DNA from: an uncultured virus (IMG/VR IMGVR_UViG_3300044627_003120)
Taxonomy: Duplodnaviria; Heunggongvirae; Uroviricota; Caudoviricetes
Virus record (IMG/VR): IMGVR_UViG_3300044627_003120
Direction: 5' to 3' (one strand)
DNA: 56,225 nt
The notes under the pieces were generated by a model. It saw only the letters and a list, made by a program, of their open reading frames with translations, had not been told where the DNA came from and did not search any database. How positions within the stretch are numbered: the stretch's first letter is position 1; each line of letters opens with the position of its first letter. Below, one piece after another: positions 21,486-30,432 of this stretch. A program made the translations under genes and the position numbers.

Positions 21486-21720
21486 AAACCTGAACATAAC
21501 GGTTGACCAAGTTAACCACCCAACACACTACACAACAGATCCTTCTGGGGTGGAATGTATTCAGATTACACGCCATCGCAACTTTAACATTGGCAATGCT
21601 TTTAAGTATCTTTGGAGAGCGGGTATCAAGGATGAATCAAAAACTATTCAGGATCTTGAGAAAGCAATCTTTTATATTAAAGATGAGATCAATAGATTAG
21701 AAGGTAAGTATGTCAACTGA
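21475..21720 (+). CDS. DUF3310-family protein
   Basis: VNHPTHY..ECI..GNAFKYLWR..DLEKA..Y signature. Confidence 0.85.
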   Translation: MMSENLNITVDQVNHPTHYTTDPSGVECIQITRHRNFNIGNAFKYLWRAGIKDESKTIQDLEKAIFYIKDEINRLEGKYVN

Positions 21721-22246
21721 AGATGATTTAGTTAAGCACCTTGACCAGGTTAATCAGGTAGTAGAAGAATACCTAAAGGGCAACGATCCAACAGCAATTT
21801 CAAAGCAACTTGATATACCAAGACAAAGAGTGGTTACACTTATTAATGAGTGGAAAGTCATGGCATCTGCTAACGATGCTATCCGTGCTCGTGCTAAAGA
21901 GGCATTAGCAGCAGCAGACACACACTACAGCAAGTTAGTCTCTCGCACGTACGAAGTTATTGATGAGGCATCAATGACAAATAATCTTAGTGCAAAGACT
22001 GCAGCAATTAAACTTGTAATGGACATTGAGTCTAAGCGTATTGATATGCTACAAAAGGCTGGACTTCTTGAGAATAAAGAACTTGCTGAAGAGATGATGG
22101 AAATTGAAAAGCGTCAAGAGATTCTTGTTCTTATTCTAAAAGATATTGCCTCAGAGTATCCACAGGTTCGTGATGAAATTATGCGTAGACTTTCTGCATT
22201 TGCAAAAGACAATGAGGTGATTACAGTTGTCCACGATGTTCAATGA
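21710..22246 (+). CDS. Putative terminase small subunit
   Basis: N-terminal HTH plus coiled coil, directly upstream of TerL. Confidence 0.6.
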   Translation: MSTEDDLVKHLDQVNQVVEEYLKGNDPTAISKQLDIPRQRVVTLINEWKVMASANDAIRARAKEALAAADTHYSKLVSRTYEVIDEASMTNNLSAKTAAIKLVMDIESKRIDMLQKAGLLENKELAEEMMEIEKRQEILVLILKDIASEYPQVRDEIMRRLSAFAKDNEVITVVHDVQ

Positions 22247-24008
22247 GTTTCTTGAAGCACTACAGGACGATCATTTTAATGAGATACCAGTAGACGCAAG
22301 AACATTTGTTGAAGGTGAAGCATACCTTGGACAGCCACCACTGTCTGACATTCAGTATGACATCGTAGAGGCCATGAGCCAGATCTATCGCAAAGAAGAT
22401 CTCATTAATATTATGGGAGAAGAAGAAGGAACAAGATACTACGACAAGTACACAAAGAACGAAATCATTCTGCAACTTGGCAAGGGATCTGGAAAAGACT
22501 TCACATCAACCGTAGCATGCTCATACATCGTATATAAACTTCTATGTCTTAAAGACCCAGCAAAGTATTTTGGTAAGCCATCTGGAGATGCTATCGACCT
22601 AATCAATGTGGCTATTAACGCTCAACAAGCAAAGAATGTTTTCTTTAAAGGTTTTAAATCAAAGATTGAAAGATCACCATGGTTTGTAGGAAAGTATTAT
22701 GCTAAAGCAGATTCAGTTGAGTTTGATAAATCAATTACTGTTTATTCTGGTCACTCAGAGCGTGAGTCACATGAGGGACTAAACCTTCTTCTTGCAGTGC
22801 TTGATGAGATTTCTGGTTTTGCATCTGAGGTTGGAACAGGTAACGAACAAGGCAAGACTGCTGACAACATCTATAAGGCTTTTCGTGGATCAGTAGACTC
22901 TCGCTTCCCTGACCTTGGTAAGGTTGTTCTTTTGTCTTTCCCAAGATATCCAGGAGACTTTATTTCAGAAAGATACGAAGATGTTATTGCTGAAAAAGAA
23001 ACTATAGAACGAACACATAAGTTTACTATCAATCCATTGCTTCCAGAAGACAGTGCAGACAATTCTTTTGAAATTTCTTGGGACGAAGATCAAATCACAT
23101 CATACAAATATCCAGGAGTATTTGCATTAAAGAGACCTACATGGGAAGTAAACCCTACACGTAAAATTGATGACTTTATGATTGCATTTTTAACAGACCT
23201 TGGAGATGCTATGATGCGCTTTGCATGTGTACCAACTTTTGCTTCTGATGCATTCTTTAAACAGGCAGACAAGGTAAGAGCATGCATGACACTAAGAAAC
23301 CCAGTAGACACTTTTAAAAGATTTGATGAATCATTTAAGCCAGACCCAACAAAGAAGTATTATGTACACGCTGACCTTGCACAGAAACACGATAAGTGTG
23401 CTGTGGCTATTGCACATGTGGAAAAATGGGTAAACATACAAGTAATTAATAACTATGAACAGGTAGCACCAATCGTAGTAGTAGATGCAGTAGCATGGTG
23501 GGAACCAAAGGTAGAAGGCCCAGTAAATCTATCAGAAGTTAAACAATGGATTCAAAATCTTAGAAGGCTTGGATTTGATATTGGAATGGTTTCTTTTGAC
23601 CGTTGGCAATCATTTGATATACAAAATGAATTGAAGCAGGTTGGAATGAGAACTGATACTGTTTCTGTTGCCAAGAAACATTATGAGGATATGGCTATGC
23701 TCGTGTATGAGGAAAGACTTGCCATGCCAGCAATTGATTTATTATTTGATGAACTAACACAGTTAAAGATTATGAAAAATGATAGAGTTGACCACCCACG
23801 CAAAAAGTCAAAAGACTTGGCCGATGCTGTGTGTGGTGCTATTTTTGGGGCTATATCTCATACCCCTAAAAATACAGACAGTGAAGTAGAGGTTCATACT
23901 TTTAGAGACAGATCTAAGCGAGTTGACGAACTACCTGAGAACGTGATACAATATAAACCTATGCCAGATGACGTAAAAGACTATTTGGATAGATTAAATC
24001 TACTATAA
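22227..24008 (+). CDS. terL: Terminase large subunit
   Basis: Walker A GKGSGKD, Walker B AVLDE, nuclease motifs HADLA, FDRWQS and DHP...KDLADA. Confidence 0.9.
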   Translation: MSTMFNEFLEALQDDHFNEIPVDARTFVEGEAYLGQPPLSDIQYDIVEAMSQIYRKEDLINIMGEEEGTRYYDKYTKNEIILQLGKGSGKDFTSTVACSYIVYKLLCLKDPAKYFGKPSGDAIDLINVAINAQQAKNVFFKGFKSKIERSPWFVGKYYAKADSVEFDKSITVYSGHSERESHEGLNLLLAVLDEISGFASEVGTGNEQGKTADNIYKAFRGSVDSRFPDLGKVVLLSFPRYPGDFISERYEDVIAEKETIERTHKFTINPLLPEDSADNSFEISWDEDQITSYKYPGVFALKRPTWEVNPTRKIDDFMIAFLTDLGDAMMRFACVPTFASDAFFKQADKVRACMTLRNPVDTFKRFDESFKPDPTKKYYVHADLAQKHDKCAVAIAHVEKWVNIQVINNYEQVAPIVVVDAVAWWEPKVEGPVNLSEVKQWIQNLRRLGFDIGMVSFDRWQSFDIQNELKQVGMRTDTVSVAKKHYEDMAMLVYEERLAMPAIDLLFDELTQLKIMKNDRVDHPRKKSKDLADAVCGAIFGAISHTPKNTDSEVEVHTFRDRSKRVDELPENVIQYKPMPDDVKDYLDRLNLL

Positions 24009-24025
24009 ATAAGGAGAAATACCGA

Positions 24026-25165
24026 ATGAATTCATTCAAGAAAATCGCACTAGCCGTGGTTGCAGCCATGACTTTGGGCATGGTCGCCGTAGCACCTGCA
24101 AATGCTACAGTAATGACAGTAGCGGTAACGCTAGATGGAACAGCAAATACAACTAATGGTGTAATTGCTACCCCTGCCACATTGCCAGTACCAGCAGATA
24201 ACACAATCGATGCAGCAGATGCATTACGCTTTGTGGCAACAGTAGCAGCAGGAACATCAGTTTCTGCAGTAGCAACTAACGCAACAATCGTATCAGCACT
24301 ACACACATCAGCAGCACCAGTCGGAGCATCGTCAGGATCATCATCTTTGACAATCGCAACAGGCACTGGAACAACTGCAACATTTTTTGTCTACACAAAG
24401 ACAACAGCAATTGGAACCGTTGTAATTAACAATGGTGGAACAACTCTTACATACTATGTACAGGGTACTGCTGGTAAGATCAACAACCTAACAGTTTCAG
24501 CACCTTCAGCAGGTGCAGCAGGAACTAAGCAGGATATCGTTGTAACTGCAACAGATGCATTTGGCAACAAGGTATCTGGCAAGTCAATTACAGCAACCGT
24601 ATTTGCTTCAACAGCAGTTATGGATACAGCAACAGTAACAACTGGTGCTACTCTAACAGACTTTGGAACAGCAACCTTTAAGGCTACTCTTCCAACAACA
24701 GGAACACGCTCACTAATTACTTTTGCACCAACAACATCATCAGATGCAGTTTCAGCAGCAGTAGTTGGTTTGACTGCTCCAACACTTGCACCATTCGCAG
24801 AGATTGCAGTTCGTGATCTAGTATCAGAACTTGCTGCTGAGAAGGCTGCAAAGGATGCAGCACTTGCTGCTAAGGCTATTTCAGATGCTGCAGTTGTAAA
24901 GGCTAACGCTGATGCTGCTGCTGCACTAGCAACAGAGAAGGCAGCATCTGCTGCTGCTCTTGCTGCTGAGAAGGCTGCTTCTGCAAAGGCTCTTGCTGAT
25001 GCAAAGGTCGCTTCTGATGCAGCACTTGCTGCTAAGGATGCACAGATTGCCAAGTTGACTGCAGATAATGCAGCAGCACTTGCTTCTTTGAAGAAGGCAT
25101 TCAACACACTAGCAAACAATTGGAACAAGAAGAATCCAAAGGCAAAGGTTACTCTAGTTAAGTAA
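24026..25165 (+). CDS. Secreted Ala/Thr-rich Ig-like surface protein with C-terminal coiled coil
   Basis: Signal peptide MNSFKKIALAVVAAMTLGMVAVAPANA, 'VTATDAFGN' Big-domain motif, strong RBS and its own terminator. Confidence 0.7.
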   Translation: MNSFKKIALAVVAAMTLGMVAVAPANATVMTVAVTLDGTANTTNGVIATPATLPVPADNTIDAADALRFVATVAAGTSVSAVATNATIVSALHTSAAPVGASSGSSSLTIATGTGTTATFFVYTKTTAIGTVVINNGGTTLTYYVQGTAGKINNLTVSAPSAGAAGTKQDIVVTATDAFGNKVSGKSITATVFASTAVMDTATVTTGATLTDFGTATFKATLPTTGTRSLITFAPTTSSDAVSAAVVGLTAPTLAPFAEIAVRDLVSELAAEKAAKDAALAAKAISDAAVVKANADAAAALATEKAASAAALAAEKAASAKALADAKVASDAALAAKDAQIAKLTADNAAALASLKKAFNTLANNWNKKNPKAKVTLVK

Positions 25166-25179
25166 TTTAGTCCAACACT

Positions 25180-25212
25180 AAAGGGGTTGCCAATTATGGT
25201 AGCCCCTTTTTT
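25180..25212 (+). terminator. Intrinsic terminator
   Basis: AAAGGGGTTGCCA-ATTA-TGGTAGCCCCTTT followed by a T-tract. Confidence 0.85.
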
Positions 25213-25271
25213 GTGCAATAAAATGGTATAATCATCCTATCAGACATCAGGTCTGCAAGGGGGAAAGGTAA

Positions 25272-27413
25272 ATTAAAAGACTAATACGCATACTAGCAGC
25301 CACACTTTTAGCATTCGGCTGGCTCATTATCTCCCCAGAAGGTGCCCACTCTGACGATCCACTCACAGTTGCAGCCCAAGAAATACAGGAACTTAACGAT
25401 AGCGTAGACGATCTTGGCTACCAAGATGATTTTATAGATCTTATAGAGATAGCAGAAAATAAGTTTGCCTCAGCCACAAATGCGAAGGAACTTAAAGATG
25501 ATGCCTATGATGCCCACGAAGATGCAGTAGAAGCAGAAGCCACAGCCTTAGAAGCAAAGAACCTTGCCCAGTCAAATGTGGATGGTCAGACAGCCACAGT
25601 AGCCTTGGCCCTTGAACATAAAGAGAACGCTCTTGAAGAAAAGAATGATGCTCAAGATGCACTAAGCATAGCCAACATTAATGTTCAAACCACTCAATCA
25701 AATATGCAGAGTGCTGGAGGAACAGGTTTGGCATACACTGTTTACACTCTTGTTAGACAGGGTAATGTTGCTACCCCAGGATCTGTTCTTTGTTCTGGCA
25801 CCTGGAACTCAAGCAGCATGCAACTTCCAGTGTGCGGAAATAGATATGAAAACCTTATAGTTAAATTTACTGGACAGATAACAGTCCCTTCATGGTTTAC
25901 ACAAACCTACTTTGCAGGATATACGGATGATGGTTTTAGGATGTATGTTGACGGACAACTTGCTGTTGATAACTGGGTAGAGCAAGGGACAACTTGGAGC
26001 GATTACTCTCCCGTATATGATGTTAGTGAAGACAAAACTTTAGATGTAGAAATATGGTGGTATAACGGTGGAGGACCAGGTTCCTACCTTCTTGGCTGGG
26101 GAATCCCTGGAGGGTGGACTGGTGCAGGATGTGATTATGCTGGAAACCCAAGAGTATGGGGACAAAATTTTAGTTGTAATCTTAATACATTTTCCTCTGG
26201 ATCAGGACCAACTCAATCACAGTTAAATGCTTACAATGATGCTGTTGCAGCACAGGCTATAGCACAAACAAACTATAACAATAAATTGGCAGTATACAAT
26301 GACAAACTAAGCGTATACAACTCTGAAAATTCAACACTGTCATCAATGAACCAGGTATTGCAAACAAAGACACAAGAACATCTTGATGCAGTTGCAGATA
26401 CAGAAGATGCTTTAGAGTTGAAGAATAGCAGAATAGAAATATACAATCAGTCAATCCTTGACTTAAATAATGCTATTAGTGATGCTTGGGAATATTATTA
26501 TTATCAGGCAGAAAGAGAACTTAATGCTGCTATTGCTCAAGCAGCAGCAAATGCTGCAGCCAATCAGCCTACCCCAGAACCCACACCAGAACCTTCTCCA
26601 GAACCGACTGAAGAGCCAACTGAAGAACCTACACCAGAGCCATCCCCAGACCCAACAGATGAACCAACTGAAGAACCTACACCAGAGCCTTCTCCAGAGC
26701 CTACAGTAGACCCTACAGACGAGCCTACACCTGAACCTACCCCAGAGGTTACACCAGATCCAGAACCAACTGAGGAGCCAGTTGTAGATCCTACTGAAGA
26801 ACCTACCCCAGAGCCTTCCCCAGAACCTGGACCAGATCCAGAGCCAGAAGATAATCCTTGGACTGAACCAGATGCAGAAATCAAAGATGAAGTATTAGCA
26901 GCCCTCATTCCTGAAAAGGGAACTGGTACATCAGAAGATTTATCTGGAGTTATTGCTAACCTTACAAGCAAGGATAATAAGTTAGTTACTCTTTCCCCTG
27001 AACAAGTTACAGCAGTTAGCCAAACACTCAAAGCATTGACGCAAGAAGCAAAAGTAGAAGTTGCAGAAGACCTTGGTATTAAGCCGTCAGAAGTTGCACA
27101 GATTGCTGAGCAGATGAAGTCTAACCCAGCACTGGCAGAAGCATTCGTTGAGTTTACAGATAGAGCAGAATCAGCAGGGGATACACCAATGCCATTTACA
27201 TTAGCAGATGCAGTAACAGAAGTACAAACAGAGGCATTTCTTGAGGATCCACTTGGTGCAGTATTTGAAGTGGATGTAGCAGAACTCCTATCTAATTTCT
27301 CTGAATTAGGTATGGACATGACAGATGATCAGAGAGAAAAAGCCCAGGAAGTCATTATCCCAGTAATCATTGTTTCACAGATTGCAAACGTAATGATTGG
27401 GATGAGGAGGTAA
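25272..27413 (+). CDS. Secreted PA14-domain protein with PT/PE-rich linker (713 aa if started at ATT)
   Basis: PA14 motif 'TDDGFRMYVDGQLAVDNW'. The frame is open 102 codons upstream of the track start and encodes a signal peptide. Confidence 0.75.
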   Translation: MKRLIRILAATLLAFGWLIISPEGAHSDDPLTVAAQEIQELNDSVDDLGYQDDFIDLIEIAENKFASATNAKELKDDAYDAHEDAVEAEATALEAKNLAQSNVDGQTATVALALEHKENALEEKNDAQDALSIANINVQTTQSNMQSAGGTGLAYTVYTLVRQGNVATPGSVLCSGTWNSSSMQLPVCGNRYENLIVKFTGQITVPSWFTQTYFAGYTDDGFRMYVDGQLAVDNWVEQGTTWSDYSPVYDVSEDKTLDVEIWWYNGGGPGSYLLGWGIPGGWTGAGCDYAGNPRVWGQNFSCNLNTFSSGSGPTQSQLNAYNDAVAAQAIAQTNYNNKLAVYNDKLSVYNSENSTLSSMNQVLQTKTQEHLDAVADTEDALELKNSRIEIYNQSILDLNNAISDAWEYYYYQAERELNAAIAQAAANAAANQPTPEPTPEPSPEPTEEPTEEPTPEPSPDPTDEPTEEPTPEPSPEPTVDPTDEPTPEPTPEVTPDPEPTEEPVVDPTEEPTPEPSPEPGPDPEPEDNPWTEPDAEIKDEVLAALIPEKGTGTSEDLSGVIANLTSKDNKLVTLSPEQVTAVSQTLKALTQEAKVEVAEDLGIKPSEVAQIAEQMKSNPALAEAFVEFTDRAESAGDTPMPFTLADAVTEVQTEAFLEDPLGAVFEVDVAELLSNFSELGMDMTDDQREKAQEVIIPVIIVSQIANVMIGMRR
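26569..26870 (+). repeat. Coding tandem repeats (PTPEP/PTEEP/PSPEP)
   Basis: Degenerate 12-nt-period repeats encoding a Pro/Thr/Glu linker. Confidence 0.85.
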
Positions 27414-27414
27414 T

Positions 27415-27621
27415 ATGAAAATAATCAAAAAGGTTGTGAAGGGATTCTTCACATGGATAAAAGATGCAGGGGTGGAAATAATCGCACAAGCCTTTACCCT
27501 CCTTGGCTTCTTCATAGCATGGTTAACTTTGACGGGATCAGCAAGAGACATTGTTGGTATTGCAGTACTTGCAACCACAGTAATCTGGCTAATAACAATC
27601 CCACTAAGAAAGGAGGACTAA
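27415..27621 (+). CDS. Small 2-TM membrane protein
   Basis: RBS GAGGAGG and two hydrophobic segments. Confidence 0.65.
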   Translation: MKIIKKVVKGFFTWIKDAGVEIIAQAFTLLGFFIAWLTLTGSARDIVGIAVLATTVIWLITIPLRKED

Positions 27622-27623
27622 AT

Positions 27624-27908
27624 ATGGCAACTAAAAAGGTAGTAGAGCCTCCCAAGAAGGAGCACCCACAAAAGGCAATCACTAATATCTTGATGAGAAT
27701 CGTAGCAGTTTTCGCTGCTTCTGGTCTATCAGTACTTGGTGCTGGAGCAGTTGTAGGAATTGACACAATACAGGCAGTATTCTTAGCAGGACTATTAGGC
27801 GTAGCAACTGTCATTGAAAGACTGGCAAGGGCTTTTTTGGACGATGGAAAACTCACATTGGCAGAAATCAATGATGCGTTTAAGACGGTAGACAAAAAGG
27901 CTAATTAG
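27624..27908 (+). CDS. Membrane protein (holin-like)
   Basis: RBS AAGGAGG, two TM segments and a charged C-terminus. Confidence 0.55.
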   Translation: MATKKVVEPPKKEHPQKAITNILMRIVAVFAASGLSVLGAGAVVGIDTIQAVFLAGLLGVATVIERLARAFLDDGKLTLAEINDAFKTVDKKAN

Positions 27909-27924
27909 TCATTATTGACCTTAG

Positions 27925-27985
27925 TTGACAGCCCTCTCTGGGCAATGGTATACTTGAGTATCACCTATCTGGAGAGGGCTTTGTC
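27925..27985 (+). promoter_or_regulatory. Promoter embedded in an RBS-sequestering hairpin
   Basis: TTGACA-18-TATACT with extended TG. Inverted repeat 27927-27985 covers GGAGAGG. Confidence 0.65.
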
Positions 27986-28510
27986 ATGACCTGTATTGTT
28001 GCTTTACGCCATGAAGAAAAGATTTATATGGCTGGAGATCGTGGAGCATCAGATGACGGAGTAATCCTTGCACTTGAATCACCAAAGGTTTGGAAAGTTG
28101 GACCTTATTTAATCGGATACGCTGGATCAATGGATGGTGACAGAATTAGACACAACTTTAGACCATCAGCACCTAACATTAAAGACACAGATAAGTATAT
28201 GCATACTAAGTTCATTAAAGAACTTCGTGAATTCTATAACGAGTTTTGGATTGATACATCTAAAGATGGAGAACTTAGTTTGATTATTGGTATTCGTGGA
28301 GAAATATACGAGCATAGTTCTGGAGATATGTCTTTGTCTAAATACTCATTGCCATATATTTCTATTGGCTCTGGTTCAGAGTATGCATATGGAGTAATGT
28401 ATGCAACAGACAAACAAAAAAATGCAAGGAATAGAGTACAACAGGCAGTATCTGCAGCAATTAAATTTAACCCATCCTGCATGGGACCAGTTGACATCAT
28501 AAGCGCTTAG
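27986..28510 (+). CDS. HslV/proteasome-beta-like Ntn protease
   Basis: N-terminal Thr (MTCIVA), AGD, K, GYAGS and IGSGS motifs. Confidence 0.8.
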   Translation: MTCIVALRHEEKIYMAGDRGASDDGVILALESPKVWKVGPYLIGYAGSMDGDRIRHNFRPSAPNIKDTDKYMHTKFIKELREFYNEFWIDTSKDGELSLIIGIRGEIYEHSSGDMSLSKYSLPYISIGSGSEYAYGVMYATDKQKNARNRVQQAVSAAIKFNPSCMGPVDIISA

Positions 28511-28525
28511 GAGTATACTTATAAT

Positions 28526-28744
28526 ATGAGCGAAGAATTTGAAGAGATCCTAAAGGACATTCAGAACATAGAGTCAGACTTTGATGAGTTTGAGATCTGG
28601 CTTGAAAATGGAATTGAGCGGGGATGGGTAACAGAGCCGTTCTGCAACACTCATGAGGGAGATCCCTATATGACAGATGAAGAACAGCAAGAATGGGAAG
28701 AGGGCGGAGACCCTTGCCAAGTAGTTTTAAAAATCAAACAATAA
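28526..28744 (+). CDS. Small acidic protein
   Basis: Leaderless TATACT-6nt-ATG. 'CNTHEGDP...GGDPC'. Confidence 0.65.
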   Translation: MSEEFEEILKDIQNIESDFDEFEIWLENGIERGWVTEPFCNTHEGDPYMTDEEQQEWEEGGDPCQVVLKIKQ

Positions 28745-28761
28745 TAAACAAGGAGAAAACA

Positions 28762-29655
28762 ATGAAGAAAGTACTACTATCACTACTAACAATCGCACTT
28801 GCATTTACAGCAATTGCACCAGCACAAGCACAAGATGAAAGAGTCTTGGCAATTATTGACACAGCAATTAATGCAAAGAATTTTCCATCAATTATTCATG
28901 AGGTTTGCTTTACTACTGTAAAGTCTAAGATTGTTACTCAGAACATGTCATGTCCTAACGGAGAACTATTTATGGAAGGTCCAGGAGCAGCATCCGCACC
29001 ATGGCCTTTGCAAAAGAACAGCACCAACTTTGATCTTAACAATTCAACTTTTCACGGAGACCAAATGGTAAAGGCTGCACTAACAGTTAATCCAAATCTA
29101 AAGATTGTTTTTATTAGATTTAGTGATGTTACAAGTCTTGGAAACTCACGAGGAGATGTAAGAGCACTAACCTCAGCAATTGACTGGGTATCAAAGAATG
29201 CATCAAAGTACAGCATCGATGCTTTATCAATTAGTCAGTCTTCAGTAAGTGCTAACAACCTTGCACTATGCTCAAAAAGTACAGTCGTAATTGATTCAGT
29301 TGCATCTCTAAATGCAAACAATATTCCAGTGTTCGCTGCAACAGGAAATGATAGACGAAAAGATGTGGTTGGTTTTCCATCATGCGTTAACGGTGTTATT
29401 GGAGTAGGAGCACTTGGAAACGCAACTCAACTTGAGGGACTAACCAACACAGGTCCTGGTCTTGATATGGTTGCACCTGGGAAAGTAAGCATTACTAAGT
29501 ATAATGGTTCACCAATTGAAACTGCTGGAAGTTCTGTAGCAACTGCAGTATCAGCAGCATCATATGTAAATAGAAATACACATAAGACTTTTGGAGAGTA
29601 CCTCTTGTCTCTTCCAAAGATTTTAATTGGCACTACATCTTATACTCGTAACTAA
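28762..29655 (+). CDS. Secreted subtilisin-like (S8) protease
   Basis: Signal peptide. Triad motifs AIIDT, FHG and GSSVA; oxyanion ATGND; DMVAPG. Confidence 0.85.
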   Translation: MKKVLLSLLTIALAFTAIAPAQAQDERVLAIIDTAINAKNFPSIIHEVCFTTVKSKIVTQNMSCPNGELFMEGPGAASAPWPLQKNSTNFDLNNSTFHGDQMVKAALTVNPNLKIVFIRFSDVTSLGNSRGDVRALTSAIDWVSKNASKYSIDALSISQSSVSANNLALCSKSTVVIDSVASLNANNIPVFAATGNDRRKDVVGFPSCVNGVIGVGALGNATQLEGLTNTGPGLDMVAPGKVSITKYNGSPIETAGSSVATAVSAASYVNRNTHKTFGEYLLSLPKILIGTTSYTRN

Positions 29656-29659
29656 TTAA

Positions 29660-29686
29660 AAGTCCTTGGTATGACTTAAAACTGCC
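29660..29686 (+). ncRNA. H-type pseudoknot, copy 1 (5' of tRNA-Asn)
   Basis: AAGTC/GACTT and GGTA/TGCC stems, AAAAC loop. Confidence 0.55.
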
Positions 29687-29690
29687 TCAA

Positions 29691-29763
29691 TGCCCTATAA
29701 CTCAGTTGGTAGAGTGCCGAACTGTTAATTCGGATGTCCCTGGATCGAGGCCAGGTGGGGCAG
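29691..29763 (+). tRNA. tRNA-Asn (GTT)
   Basis: Cloverleaf with TGCCCTA/TGGGGCA and CCGAA-CTGTTAA-TTCGG. Atypical T-loop ATCGAGG. No encoded CCA. Confidence 0.88.
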
Positions 29764-29773
29764 CGCAAAACCA

Positions 29774-30376
29774 ATGAAAGGGATAACAATGCAGGTTGCA
29801 CCAACAAGCAGACAAGAAGAATTTGTAATAGACTTATTAGACAAAAAAACTGGCGGGTACTATGTAGAACTTGGAGCATATCATTCTGTAAAAGGAAGTA
29901 ACACATATAGACTAGAAACAGAGTTTGACTGGAAGGGTGTGTCTTTTGAAATTGTTCCAGAATTGCATAAAGAAGTTTCAGAAAATAGAAAGAACCCATG
30001 TATTCTTGGCGATGCAACAAAATTTGATTATGTGAGATACTTTGAAGAAAATAGATTTCCAAAGCAGATTGATTATTTGCAGGTAGACATTGACTCTGGA
30101 TACAAACTCAATGGAAGACCTGATGGGAATGCCCATCAATCTTTGCACGGACTTATTGCTGTCCCATTAAATAAGTATAGATTTACAGTTATTTCATTTG
30201 AGCATGATGCAAATATGTATTGGAGAAATGTTGCAATAAGAGATGCCCAACGAGAGATTTTAGATTCACTTGGCTACTCACTGGTTGTTAGAGAGTACCA
30301 TGAGGATTGGTGGGTAGATCCAAATGTAGTAGATTTAGAAGGATACAGAAAATATTTGAGATGGCAATCCCTATAA
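29774..30376 (+). CDS. FkbM-like SAM-dependent methyltransferase
   Basis: GYYVELGA..SNT..W.G..FE and IDYLQVDID. Start may be at 29789. Confidence 0.75.
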   Translation: MKGITMQVAPTSRQEEFVIDLLDKKTGGYYVELGAYHSVKGSNTYRLETEFDWKGVSFEIVPELHKEVSENRKNPCILGDATKFDYVRYFEENRFPKQIDYLQVDIDSGYKLNGRPDGNAHQSLHGLIAVPLNKYRFTVISFEHDANMYWRNVAIRDAQREILDSLGYSLVVREYHEDWWVDPNVVDLEGYRKYLRWQSL

Positions 30377-30432
30377 ATGGGCATACCCTGTCATGATATA
30401 ATTATATTGTCATACCTACAAGGAGGAATAAA

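Noticed and set aside
10737..24008. Inteins or introns in dnaB, dnaE, recA or terL
   Set aside because: Protein lengths are ordinary, and no intein splice motifs or frame breaks are visible.
26564..27319. Long antisense ORFs (also 24454-25218) and the repeat as a possible array
   Set aside because: These are shadows of biased Ala/Thr and Pro/Glu codons on the coding strand. The repeats are in-frame protein linker repeats.
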